A stretch of DNA of 18,333 nt from a virus (taxonomy: Duplodnaviria; Heunggongvirae; Uroviricota; Caudoviricetes): IMG/VR virus record IMGVR_UViG_2778261506_000010. One strand, given 5' to 3'. The position numbers and the translations under genes are program-made. This document shows, piece by piece, positions 7,964-16,316 of this stretch. The notes under the pieces were generated by a model. The model had not been told where the DNA came from, did no database searches, and saw only the letters and a list, made by a program, of their open reading frames with translations. Numbering within the stretch: the stretch's first letter is position 1; each line of letters opens with the position of its first letter.

Positions 7964-9370
7964 ATGGCTGATATATCAACACCCAACCTCGACTATAACG
8001 ATATGCTGGAGGCGTGGGATATTAACGACGCACTGATGGGCGGTACGCTTGAAATGCGCAGGCAGGGGGAAAATTATCTCCCAAAATGGCCTAACGAAGA
8101 TGAAGACGCTTATAAAAAACGCCTGTCTGTGGCTACGCTACTTCCTGTGTATGAAGAAAGCATTAAGCAAAATATTGGACGCATATTTGCAGAGCCGACA
8201 GTATTGAGTGAGGAAACGCCGGAAAAAATCAGGGAATATGCAGAAAATATCGACATGGAGGGGAGCCGACTGGATGTGTGGGCGCAGCAATTTTTCAGCC
8301 TCGCATTTCAGTATGGTGTGGCACATGCGCTGGTGGACTATCCACGAACGGATATGAAGGAGATCCGGACAAAAGCCGATGAAAATGCGGCTGGTGGTCG
8401 CCCATACGTTACGATGCTGAATCCACGCCAGGTTATTGGATGGAAATCGAAAGTTGAAAAAGGGAAAGTTGTTCTTACTGATTTGCGTATAAAAGAAGTC
8501 ATCATTGTTGATGGTGATGATTTCGTGCAGAAGAAGGTGGAGCAGATCCGCCATATTATGCCCCGTTGCGTTGAAATTTATCGACGCAGCGAAGGTACTA
8601 ATGGCGAATCTGTCTGGACGCTTCACGAGTCATGGAATACCAGCCGTGATGATATTCCTCTGGTAACACTGTATACGAAGAAAACAGGGTTTATGCGTGG
8701 TACACCGCCATTGCTTAATCTTGGCTTGCTGAATATCAAGCACTGGCAAAGCCAGAGCGAGCAGGACAATATTCTTCATGTTGCCCGCGTCCCATTGCTG
8801 GTGGCCTACGGGCTGGACAGGAATGAAGAACTGACGGTTGGTGCATCCACCGCTACGATTTTTGAGGACAGAACAAAAAATGGCCTCGAATATGTTGAAC
8901 ATAGTGGGGCAGCGATAGAATCTGGCGAAACATCACTGGAGAAGCTGGAAAATCAGATGCGTCATGCCGGCGCTAAACTTCTGCGGGCTGAAAATACATC
9001 CACCAAATCTGTTGATCAGACTAATGAAGAGCGGATGCAGGAAAACTCGCCGCTTTATACAATGGCGAACTCCCTCGAAGATGCCCTCGATAATATTCTC
9101 CAGATAATGGCGGAATGGATCGGAGAGAGTTGCGGCGGCAATGTGGATGTGCGCACTGAACTGGATGTATCTGCCCAGGTGTTTGACTCATCCTCCGCGC
9201 TGGCTGTTCAGTCATTGCGTCAGGGCGGTGATATACGTCAGATTGATGCGGTTCGGGTGTTGCAGGCGTTGAAATTTATCGATCAGGATTCCCGTCCAGA
9301 GGAAGTGATCGATGAATTAAAAAATCAGAGTGTAATGCTGATGGAAATCAATGATGCAAACCGTGAATGA
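7964..9370 (+). CDS. portal protein (putative)
   Basis: 468-aa ORF directly after the large terminase in the canonical order; size and position fit a portal. Confidence 0.65.
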   Translation: MADISTPNLDYNDMLEAWDINDALMGGTLEMRRQGENYLPKWPNEDEDAYKKRLSVATLLPVYEESIKQNIGRIFAEPTVLSEETPEKIREYAENIDMEGSRLDVWAQQFFSLAFQYGVAHALVDYPRTDMKEIRTKADENAAGGRPYVTMLNPRQVIGWKSKVEKGKVVLTDLRIKEVIIVDGDDFVQKKVEQIRHIMPRCVEIYRRSEGTNGESVWTLHESWNTSRDDIPLVTLYTKKTGFMRGTPPLLNLGLLNIKHWQSQSEQDNILHVARVPLLVAYGLDRNEELTVGASTATIFEDRTKNGLEYVEHSGAAIESGETSLEKLENQMRHAGAKLLRAENTSTKSVDQTNEERMQENSPLYTMANSLEDALDNILQIMAEWIGESCGGNVDVRTELDVSAQVFDSSSALAVQSLRQGGDIRQIDAVRVLQALKFIDQDSRPEEVIDELKNQSVMLMEINDANRE

Positions 9371-10466
9371 ACGGCTGCGTGATGAATCAATTGCTCATGC
9401 AGTCTGGATATCTCGCTATAGCACTGGTGTGGCTGCCAGAATGGTGAAAACACTGAATGACAGCGATGCGGAGCTTACAGCTCGCCTGCTGGTGGCACTG
9501 GACAGCCTCGATCCAGGTAGTTTCACCGTTACGCGCCTGGAGTCACTTCTGGCGAGTGTCAGAGAGGTTAACCGCGCTGCTATTAACAGCATGTTTACCA
9601 GGCTCTCCGGAGAGCTGAACGAGCTGGCAGTTTATGAGGCTGGTTATCAGTTAAGTCTGTTTGATTCTCTGCTACCTGATTTTGTTGCTGATGTTCACCC
9701 TCTGGTTGGTATCTCACCTGATGCACTTTATGCCGCGGCAATGGCGCGACCATTCCAGGGACGACTGCTCAGTGAGTGGGCCTCAGATCTTGAGGCGGAT
9801 CGGCTCAGACGCATAACAAATACGGTGCGTCAGGGTTTTTTGTTGGGGGATACCAATGAGCAGATCGCAAGAAAAATTCGGGGACATGTCAGTAAGGGAT
9901 TTCAGGATGGTGCATTGCAGATGAGCCGGGCTAATGCGGCCAGCATTGCAAAAACAGCGGTTGGACATCTTGCTGCTACTGCCCGTGAGAGTTTTGCCAG
10001 CGCGAATAATGATTTGATTAAGGGTAAGCAATGGTTATCAACGCTTGATAATCGTACTACGCCACAATGTCGAATCAGGGATCGCCTCAAATATACGCTG
10101 AATAATAAACCTGTAGGTCACAGCGTGCCTTATTTGCAGGGGCCGGGAAAAATTCATTTCTGCTGCCGCTCAACGGAAACGTTCATTCTGAAATCAGCGA
10201 AGGAACTGGGTATTGATGTTCGTGATATTTCCCCGGCTGAGCGGGCCAGCATGGATGGCGTGGTGGCCGGAGATACAACCTACAGGGAATGGTTTTTGCG
10301 TCAGCCTTACACCAGACAAAAACAGATTGTGGGGGAAACCCGGGCAAAGCTGATTCGGGATGGCGGTATGTCGCCAGATGAATTTTACACCGATAAAGGC
10401 GAATGGCTGACGCTGAAGCAACTCCGTGAGCGTGATGCACAGGTATTCAGAAAAGCAGGGATTTAA
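9351..10466 (+). CDS. head morphogenesis / minor capsid protein (SPP1 gp7 / Mu F-like, putative)
   Basis: 371-aa ORF overlapping the portal gene 3' end, in the position typical of this family. Confidence 0.6.
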   Translation: MMQTVNERLRDESIAHAVWISRYSTGVAARMVKTLNDSDAELTARLLVALDSLDPGSFTVTRLESLLASVREVNRAAINSMFTRLSGELNELAVYEAGYQLSLFDSLLPDFVADVHPLVGISPDALYAAAMARPFQGRLLSEWASDLEADRLRRITNTVRQGFLLGDTNEQIARKIRGHVSKGFQDGALQMSRANAASIAKTAVGHLAATARESFASANNDLIKGKQWLSTLDNRTTPQCRIRDRLKYTLNNKPVGHSVPYLQGPGKIHFCCRSTETFILKSAKELGIDVRDISPAERASMDGVVAGDTTYREWFLRQPYTRQKQIVGETRAKLIRDGGMSPDEFYTDKGEWLTLKQLRERDAQVFRKAGI

Positions 10467-10485
10467 ATAAATCATTTATTACAAC

Positions 10486-10513
10486 AGGCTACCTTCGGGT
10501 GGCCTTTTTTATT
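10486..10513 (+). terminator. intrinsic terminator between head-morphogenesis and scaffold genes
   Basis: 8-bp stem AGGCTACC / GGTGGCCT (one G-U) with TTCG loop, followed by TTTTTTATT. Confidence 0.6.
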
Positions 10514-10570
10514 GCTGCGATCCGGATGGTGAGCAGCGTAACTGTCGGAAGACTTAAACCAGGTACTAAT

Positions 10571-11335
10571 ATGAAACTGAAAACGGTCGAGATTAACGGA
10601 AAACAATACGCAGAAATTGATACTGCTGGCCTGCCAGTTTATGTGCACGACGATGGTAAAGAAATCGGCTTCGATGCACCGCTGGCGATAAAAAAAATTA
10701 CAGAGCTTAATGGCGAGGCAAAAAATCATCGCCTGGCTAAAGAAGCTGCAGAGGAAAAACTGGCTAAGTTTGCCGCTATCGAAGACCCGAAGAAGGCGAT
10801 CGAGGCACTGGAAATGCTGTCAAAAATCGACCAGAAAAAGCTGATCGATGCGGGACAGGTTGACCAGGTTAAGGCAGAAATTACGAAAAATTTTCAGCAG
10901 CAATTAGATGAAGAAAAGCAACGCTCTCAGATGCTGGAGACGCAGCTTTACGATTCTATGATTGGCGGTAGTTTTGCGGGTTCAAAATATATTGCCGATA
11001 AAATTGCGATCCCGGCAGATTTATTACAAGCCCGCTTCGGGCAGGCATTCAAAGTGGAAGAAGGGAAGATCGTTGCTTATGACGCTTCCGGCAACAAAAT
11101 TTATTCCCGCGCGAAGCCTGGCGAACTGGCGCAGTTTGATGAGGCGCTGGAGTTCCTCGTCGAAAATTACCCTCAGAAAGACTACATCCTGAAAGCCAGT
11201 GGCAACAATGGCGGCGGCTCCCGTCCGACACAGCATGATATTGGTCAGAAAACGATGAAACGCTCTGCTTTTGATGCACTGGATGTTGCAGGTAAGCAAA
11301 ACGCATTGAAAGACGGTATCACAATCGTTGATTAA
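10571..11335 (+). CDS. capsid scaffolding protein (putative)
   Basis: ATG 10571 (MKLKTVEINGKQYAEI...) lies downstream of the terminator; the track start 10499 is a GTG inside the terminator stem and is unlikely. Product is acidic and helix/coiled-coil-rich, and sits immediately upstream of the major capsid gene. Confidence 0.6.
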   Translation: MKLKTVEINGKQYAEIDTAGLPVYVHDDGKEIGFDAPLAIKKITELNGEAKNHRLAKEAAEEKLAKFAAIEDPKKAIEALEMLSKIDQKKLIDAGQVDQVKAEITKNFQQQLDEEKQRSQMLETQLYDSMIGGSFAGSKYIADKIAIPADLLQARFGQAFKVEEGKIVAYDASGNKIYSRAKPGELAQFDEALEFLVENYPQKDYILKASGNNGGGSRPTQHDIGQKTMKRSAFDALDVAGKQNALKDGITIVD

Positions 11336-11433
11336 CACATTTGTCAGCTTCCGGATGGGAGCTGGTGTCAGGGCTGGATAGCTCATTACTCCATCTATTC
11401 ACAATTACGCAAATTTTTAAGGAATATTTAATT

Positions 11434-12573
11434 ATGGCTGGAAATACCCTGACCGGGTTGATCCCGACTATTTATACCGCCCTGGATGTTGTATCCCGTG
11501 AGCAGGTAGGTTTTATCCCTGCGGTAGCAAAAAACGCAAAAGCTGACGCCGCAGCAAAAGATCAGACGGTAACCGCGCCAGTTGCGCCTGAGGCGAAAAC
11601 CGAAGATATCGTACCGGGGCCGTCAGCTCCGAATACCGGTGATCAAAATATTGGCACTGTTGATGTAAAAATTACTAAATCCAAAATGGCACCGGTTAAA
11701 TGGAATGGTGAAGAACAACTGGCTCTTGGCCCTTCAGGGACTTACAACACCATTCTGGCTGATCAGTTCAAGCAGGCTTTTCGCGCCCTTGCAAACGAGG
11801 TTGAGGCTGAGCTTGGTGCGTTGTATTTCGGTGCTTCCCGCGCCGTGGGAACCGCAGGGACAACGCCGTTTGGTGTTAAAGATGATCTTTCTGATGCTGC
11901 TCTGGCTCGTCAGGTTCTGGAGGATAACGGCGCACCGACAACCGATCTGCAGATGGTGCTTGGCTCCACTGCCATTGCTAATTTGCGCGGAAAACAGTCT
12001 GTATTGTTTAAAGTGAATGAATCCGGCACTGAACAGCTACTGCGTGAGGGCGTGTTGGGGCGTCTGGAGGGATTCAATATTCACAGTTCGGCAGGTGTGA
12101 AACGAGCGCCAAAGGTTGCTGCAACTGGTTATCTCGTGAATGGAGAGAAAAAAGAAGGCGATGTTCTTATTTCCATTGATACTGGTTCGGGGAGTATTTC
12201 TGCAGGTCAGATTGTTACGTTCGCTGGTGATCCGAATCAGTATGTTGTGGCAGCAGCGACCAGCAATCTGATTACTCTTGCAGCGCCCGGACTGCGTCAG
12301 GATCTGGCCGATGATACTGCCATCACAGTTGTTGGGGCCTTTACTGCAAATATGGCGTTTGATCGCAACGCGTTTCTGCTGGCATCCCGTACTCCGGCAA
12401 TGCCGGAAGGTGGCGATAATGCTGATGATGTAATGAATGTTACGGACCCGATTTCAGGGATTACGTTCCAGATTGCACTGTATCGTCAGTATCGCCAGGT
12501 GCGCTATGAAGTTGGACTGGCATGGGGTGTTTCATCAGTGAAGCCGGCACATGGTTGTCTGATTCTTGGTTAA
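11434..12573 (+). CDS. major capsid protein
   Basis: SD AAGGAA 8 nt upstream of ATG 11434 (MAGNTLTGL...). The track start 11341 has no SD and overlaps upstream sequence. ~380 aa product followed by a strong terminator, as expected for the most abundant structural protein. Confidence 0.75.
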   Translation: MAGNTLTGLIPTIYTALDVVSREQVGFIPAVAKNAKADAAAKDQTVTAPVAPEAKTEDIVPGPSAPNTGDQNIGTVDVKITKSKMAPVKWNGEEQLALGPSGTYNTILADQFKQAFRALANEVEAELGALYFGASRAVGTAGTTPFGVKDDLSDAALARQVLEDNGAPTTDLQMVLGSTAIANLRGKQSVLFKVNESGTEQLLREGVLGRLEGFNIHSSAGVKRAPKVAATGYLVNGEKKEGDVLISIDTGSGSISAGQIVTFAGDPNQYVVAAATSNLITLAAPGLRQDLADDTAITVVGAFTANMAFDRNAFLLASRTPAMPEGGDNADDVMNVTDPISGITFQIALYRQYRQVRYEVGLAWGVSSVKPAHGCLILG

Positions 12574-12583
12574 ACATTCAAAC

Positions 12584-12604
12584 GGGGCTTCGGCCCCATT
12601 TTTA
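12584..12604 (+). terminator. intrinsic terminator/attenuator after the major capsid gene
   Basis: GGGGC-TTCG-GCCCC (5-bp GC stem, UUCG tetraloop) followed by ATTTTTA. Confidence 0.6.
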
Positions 12605-12615
12605 ATGGGGGGCAT

Positions 12616-12792
12616 ATGGCCGGATTAACTAAAGAGCAAAGAGCACAGCGTGAAGCCGCACAAAAAACGCAAATTGAGTTAGTGGTTATGGTGACCGATT
12701 ATCAGATGTTTCCCGGCGCACCAACTATCGCTAATGTTCATCCTGATGAAGTTGACAACTGGAAGGCTATGGGCTGGAAAACTCAGGAGTAA
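12616..12792 (+). CDS. small hypothetical protein (58 aa), absent from the supplied ORF track
   Basis: ATG 12616 is preceded by a G-run (GGGGGG); ORF ends TAA 12790-12792, just upstream of the next gene start, and overlaps that gene's SD. Translation MAGLTKEQRAQREAAQKTQIELVVMVTDYQMFPGAPTIANVHPDEVDNWKAMGWKTQE looks protein-like. Confidence 0.45.
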   Translation: MAGLTKEQRAQREAAQKTQIELVVMVTDYQMFPGAPTIANVHPDEVDNWKAMGWKTQE

Positions 12793-12795
12793 CAC

Positions 12796-13191
12796 ATGAT
12801 CACTTACGTGACCTGTGATGACGTTGATAATGCGTTTGGGAACGCCTGGACGAGTGAGAACGCTAAAAATAAAGCTGTTTTAATGGCTAATGCCTGGCTT
12901 AATGGTTTCAACCTGAAAATTAACCCATCCCGTATTCCGGAAGAGGTAAAACTTGCGGGAGCGTATGCAGCCAGAATTGCCTCATTCGGTAAGTTGTTTC
13001 AGCAGAAAAATGATTCTGGCGTTGTTATCAGTAAAGCCGTGTCGGCTGACGGGGTCAGTGTATCGAAATCATTTTCTGAGTTGCCAGCAAACAGCACTGC
13101 ATTGCTTGAACCCGATTTACAGCTTGCGATAGCACTGCTGAAACCGTACGGACTTAGTCGCTCACAAGTCAGGGTTGTGAGGGGGGGATAA
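12796..13191 (+). CDS. head-tail connector / head completion protein (putative)
   Basis: 131-aa ORF with SD CAGGAG upstream, first of four tightly packed ~130-aa ORFs between capsid and major tail genes. Confidence 0.6.
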   Translation: MITYVTCDDVDNAFGNAWTSENAKNKAVLMANAWLNGFNLKINPSRIPEEVKLAGAYAARIASFGKLFQQKNDSGVVISKAVSADGVSVSKSFSELPANSTALLEPDLQLAIALLKPYGLSRSQVRVVRGG

Positions 13192-13574
13192 TGGGGCTTC
13201 GTGAAGAGATTCAGTCAGAGGTTGCCGCTGCTTTTGATGAGGATTTAGCGGACGCCGTGAGTGATATTTCTGGTTCTTACGTTACGCACCGGCACTGGGA
13301 TCCTGTGACGGAAACTGGCGGCGAATCCACCGCAATCTATACCGGGCGAGGCGTGTTGACACGTTATAAGCTGGGCAGAATTGATGGGATTAATATTTTG
13401 CATGGTGACCTTAAATTAACCGCTCTGGTATGCGAGGTTACGGATAAACCAGCTGTCGACCATATTATTGAGATTTATGATCCTGTATCAAGGCAGTTAC
13501 AACGATACGAGGTAATTACAGCAAGTGTAGATCCTTCCGCATCAGTTTACTCTATCCAGTTAAGGAGAGCGTAA
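13191..13574 (+). CDS. head-tail joining / head closure protein (putative)
   Basis: 127-aa ORF with start overlapping the previous stop (TAATGG); neck-module position. Confidence 0.55.
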   Translation: MGLREEIQSEVAAAFDEDLADAVSDISGSYVTHRHWDPVTETGGESTAIYTGRGVLTRYKLGRIDGINILHGDLKLTALVCEVTDKPAVDHIIEIYDPVSRQLQRYEVITASVDPSASVYSIQLRRA

Positions 13575-13955
13575 ATGGCAAAGGCATGGGATATAGAACC
13601 GTCAATATTTGCCGGGATGATTGAGGAAGATGTAGGGCTGAAGATTCGCTACATCGCTATTCAGATTCTTACTGCTATTGATATTGCTGCTCCGGTTGAT
13701 ACCGGACGTTTCAGAAATAACAACCTGGTGTCGTTACAGCATCCCGATTTTGGTATATCTGATAACGTGGATCCGAACGGTACGATTGCTGTTCAGCGTG
13801 GGATCGGGGTTATTTCGAAAGCTGCAAATTACGGGGTTATTTATATCCAAAATAACCTTCCTTATGCAGAGGCTCTTGAAAACGGTCATTCACAACAAGC
13901 GCCAACTGGCGTGTATGCCAACGCTTTTCATGGTGTTTTACAGGCTTACAAATGA
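13575..13955 (+). CDS. neck/tail component, HK97 gp10-like (putative)
   Basis: 126-aa ORF with SD GGAGAG upstream; contains a DTGRFRNN motif resembling the HK97 gp10 family signature. Confidence 0.6.
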   Translation: MAKAWDIEPSIFAGMIEEDVGLKIRYIAIQILTAIDIAAPVDTGRFRNNNLVSLQHPDFGISDNVDPNGTIAVQRGIGVISKAANYGVIYIQNNLPYAEALENGHSQQAPTGVYANAFHGVLQAYK

Positions 13956-14344
13956 AGTTTACTGAAATCAGAAATACGGTTATTTCCAGAATGACGGCAC
14001 AGACGATTATTGATGGAAAAGACGTATTGTATCCGAACGGGCCAACGTTCGATCCTTCCGGTAAGTTAATCTGGGCGCGGTTAAGTAATATTCCCGGGCA
14101 GGCTGGAGTTAATGAAATTGGCGCGGGGCCGGTTGTTTATCGCACGGGGATAATCATTATTCAGTTATTTGTCCCCGCAGGTTCTGGTTCAAAACTCATT
14201 ACTGAGACAGCCGATAAATTGCGGGAACTGTTTGAGTTTCAGGATGACGATCGTCTCAGTTACCAGGCTGTTTCCTCAATAGCCGTCGGCGAAAAGAATG
14301 GCTGGTTCCAGCTTAATCTTCAAATTCCATATCACGCGCTCTAG
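13952..14344 (+). CDS. tail completion / tail terminator protein (putative)
   Basis: 130-aa ORF with start overlapping the previous stop (ATGA), immediately upstream of the major tail gene. Confidence 0.55.
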   Translation: MKFTEIRNTVISRMTAQTIIDGKDVLYPNGPTFDPSGKLIWARLSNIPGQAGVNEIGAGPVVYRTGIIIIQLFVPAGSGSKLITETADKLRELFEFQDDDRLSYQAVSSIAVGEKNGWFQLNLQIPYHAL

Positions 14345-14370
14345 CGCAATTAATGACATAGGAGGCTCCT

Positions 14371-15333
14371 GTGAGTTCAGGTGCAAAGGTTATCTCGGCA
14401 TTTATCCGGGAGACAGTTGCAGGCACTACGCCAGCAAGTGGTGACTGGAGTTTATTAAAACGCACAAGCTGGGGAGTAAAACCCACCCAGAATAAAGGCG
14501 AAAATAATGAGATTGGTGGCTCCCGGATGGCTCAGGGGGCGACGCCTGGCACTGTGGATGTCGGCGGTGATGTTGGTACCAAATTTCGCTGGGGTCAACA
14601 TGATGATTTTCTTGCATCCTGTTTCGGCGCGGAATGGTCAGGCGATTCTCTGACAATGGGGAATGAGCGAATAACATTTTCTCTGGCGACCTATGCGTCC
14701 GATGTCGGAATTGCCTCTGTCGTCAGAGGAGCGCAGGTTGGCTCATGGAAAATGCAGATCCCTAACGACGGCGATATTACAGCGACCGTAACCTTTGCCG
14801 GGCTGGGCTGGGAATCAAAGGCCGATGATACGAATTTTATCAAAGGCGAACCTGTGGATAGTGCAGGAAAGTTACGCTATTCGTTTAAGGCGGTTTCAGC
14901 AGTAAGCCTGAATGGTGTTGCCGGAGGTAACGGTTTTTGTATCGACAGTTTTGATATTCAGTTCGATAACAAACTCCAGACACAGCGTTGTATCGGGACT
15001 GGCTCGCCTTATGCAGGAGCAAATATTCCGACTACTTTTACACCGTCCGGTACGGTGACGCTTTCATGGTCTAAAGCCGCGTGGGAAATCTGGAGTAAAA
15101 CACTGACTGGAGAAACAGTTCCGTTCAGCTTCACGCTTTCGAATGGAGAGGGGGCATACACTTTCAGTTTCCCGAAGGTTCAGGTGTCAGGTGAATGGCC
15201 TGATGGGGGTAATACTGACATTATCCAGGTTCAATTGAGCATTACCGCAGCAGATGAAGCACCTACGATAACCAGAAAAAAATGCTCCCCGACTGCCGTG
15301 ATCGCAAAAGCCAGTGCTGATGCGATTAGTTGA
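14371..15333 (+). CDS. major tail (tube) protein
   Basis: Strong SD AGGAGG 5-6 nt upstream of GTG 14371. 320-aa Ser/Thr/Gly-rich product in the position upstream of the G/GT chaperone pair. Confidence 0.7.
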   Translation: MSSGAKVISAFIRETVAGTTPASGDWSLLKRTSWGVKPTQNKGENNEIGGSRMAQGATPGTVDVGGDVGTKFRWGQHDDFLASCFGAEWSGDSLTMGNERITFSLATYASDVGIASVVRGAQVGSWKMQIPNDGDITATVTFAGLGWESKADDTNFIKGEPVDSAGKLRYSFKAVSAVSLNGVAGGNGFCIDSFDIQFDNKLQTQRCIGTGSPYAGANIPTTFTPSGTVTLSWSKAAWEIWSKTLTGETVPFSFTLSNGEGAYTFSFPKVQVSGEWPDGGNTDIIQVQLSITAADEAPTITRKKCSPTAVIAKASADAIS

Positions 15334-15345
15334 TTTTCCGTTATT

Positions 15346-15372
15346 CCCCCTGTGGTACTGCACTACAGGGGG
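15346..15372 (+). promoter_or_regulatory. stable hairpin without U-tract between major tail and chaperone genes (possible mRNA stabiliser/processing or translational control element)
   Basis: 11-bp stem CCCCCTGTGGT / ACTACAGGGGG (one G-U), 5-nt loop; no T-run follows. The 3' arm overlaps the likely SD (GGGGGA) of the chaperone gene. Confidence 0.4.
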
Positions 15373-15381
15373 ACGCATTGA

Positions 15382-15843
15382 ATGAGGTTATGGATGTTTA
15401 TTCTTAATCAGAAAATTATCATCGGTGGAGAACGCTGGTTTACGCCAATGAAGGACTTAAAACCTGTAGACGGGTTAAAACTGTTGGTGGCAAGCAGCGA
15501 TAACGATCAGTATCGCTCCCGTAATGCATTAATCCGTCGTCACATTGAGAAAATGGATGCCAGTTTGCACGTCGGAACGAAGGAGTTTGATATTTCAAAG
15601 GTTTCCGAGGTAGATTCTGTTGATGATTTACTCATTGATAATGCTGCTCGTTATCTGCTGAAAGACTGGAAAGGGGTTGGTGAACTGGTTAATGGTGCTG
15701 AGGTTGCACTGGAATATACGCCAGAACGAGGGATCGCGCTGCTTAAGCAGAATCCAGAGTTGTACTGGCAGATCCTTGCAGAAGCAGCCAGCATCGCCCA
15801 GGGTAAAGAGCAGCAGAAGCAGGATACGATAAAAAAGCCATAG
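15382..15843 (+). CDS. tail assembly chaperone (lambda gpG-like)
   Basis: 153-aa acidic ORF directly upstream of the tape measure gene, ending ...IKKP* with slippery heptamer A AAA AAG at 15831-15837. Alternative starts at 15394 and 15448. Confidence 0.7.
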   Translation: MRLWMFILNQKIIIGGERWFTPMKDLKPVDGLKLLVASSDNDQYRSRNALIRRHIEKMDASLHVGTKEFDISKVSEVDSVDDLLIDNAARYLLKDWKGVGELVNGAEVALEYTPERGIALLKQNPELYWQILAEAASIAQGKEQQKQDTIKKP

Positions 15844-16151
15844 CCGCCCAGCGGTGGTTATCGGAGTTCGGGGGAGAAAGGGGGGAAAAGGCAAGATGGA
15901 AGCGAGAAAAACTCAGGTTGCCACCGATACCGGAACCAGAAATAGACCCGGTGCTTAAGGAATTGTTGTACGCCTATTCGGTAATATCCCGTGCCCGACG
16001 TTATGCTGGAATGACCGGGGTGCCTTTGCCTTTATCTCTGACAGAGATAAATGAATATTTAGCCACTCATCCGGTATTGATTGAGCGCGATGAATTTGAA
16101 GCAGTGATCTTTGCACTGGATGACCAGTATTTTCAGGAGCAGTGTGTGTAG
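15382..16151 (+). CDS. tail assembly chaperone GT-like fusion made by programmed -1 ribosomal frameshift
   Basis: The -1 frame is open from 15807 to TAG 16149-16151, overlapping the G frame by 37 nt that include the slippery site. The downstream ORF has no ATG (track start is TTG 15918), as expected for a frameshift-only product. Confidence 0.65.
15831..15837 (+). other. programmed -1 frameshift slippery heptamer A AAA AAG
   Basis: Heptamer is in the correct zero-frame phasing (A|AAA|AAG, codons Lys-Lys) 4 nt before the G stop; identical to the classical dnaX / lambda G-T type slip site. Confidence 0.7.
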
Positions 16152-16271
16152 TTGTTAATTACGTACACTCTGTTACAGAGATGTGATGGTGTCTTTAATT
16201 AAATCGATGATGCTCCTGGAGAAAAGCATTGCGTGGCCTCGTAATCGCTATATCTACTATTATGTCGCCTG

Positions 16272-16300
16272 AAACCCACTTCGCGGTGGGTTTTTTGTTG
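16272..16300 (+). terminator. intrinsic terminator in the 165-bp spacer between GT and tape measure genes
   Basis: 8-bp stem AAACCCAC / GTGGGTTT with 6-nt loop TTCGCG, followed by a T-run (TTTTTTGTTG). Confidence 0.6.
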
Positions 16301-16316
16301 TCAGGAGTTTTAATAA

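Noticed and set aside
10499-10570. Upstream GTG start (10499) for the scaffold ORF
   Set aside because: The start codon would lie inside the terminator stem at 10486-10513 with no SD; ATG 10571 is preferred.
11341-11433. Upstream start (11341) for the major capsid ORF
   Set aside because: No SD and it overlaps the scaffold 3' end; ATG 11434 has a good SD (AAGGAA) and a typical capsid N-terminus.
2676-13965. Alternative-frame + strand ORFs nested in larger genes (2676-2891, 3483-3764, 4539-4832, 6252-6647, 7081-7305, 10962-11192, 11705-12016, 13678-13965)
   Set aside because: Out-of-frame overlaps with strongly supported genes, no SD and low-complexity translations. Unlike Rz1, none has a signal peptide, lipobox or other feature suggesting a real nested gene.
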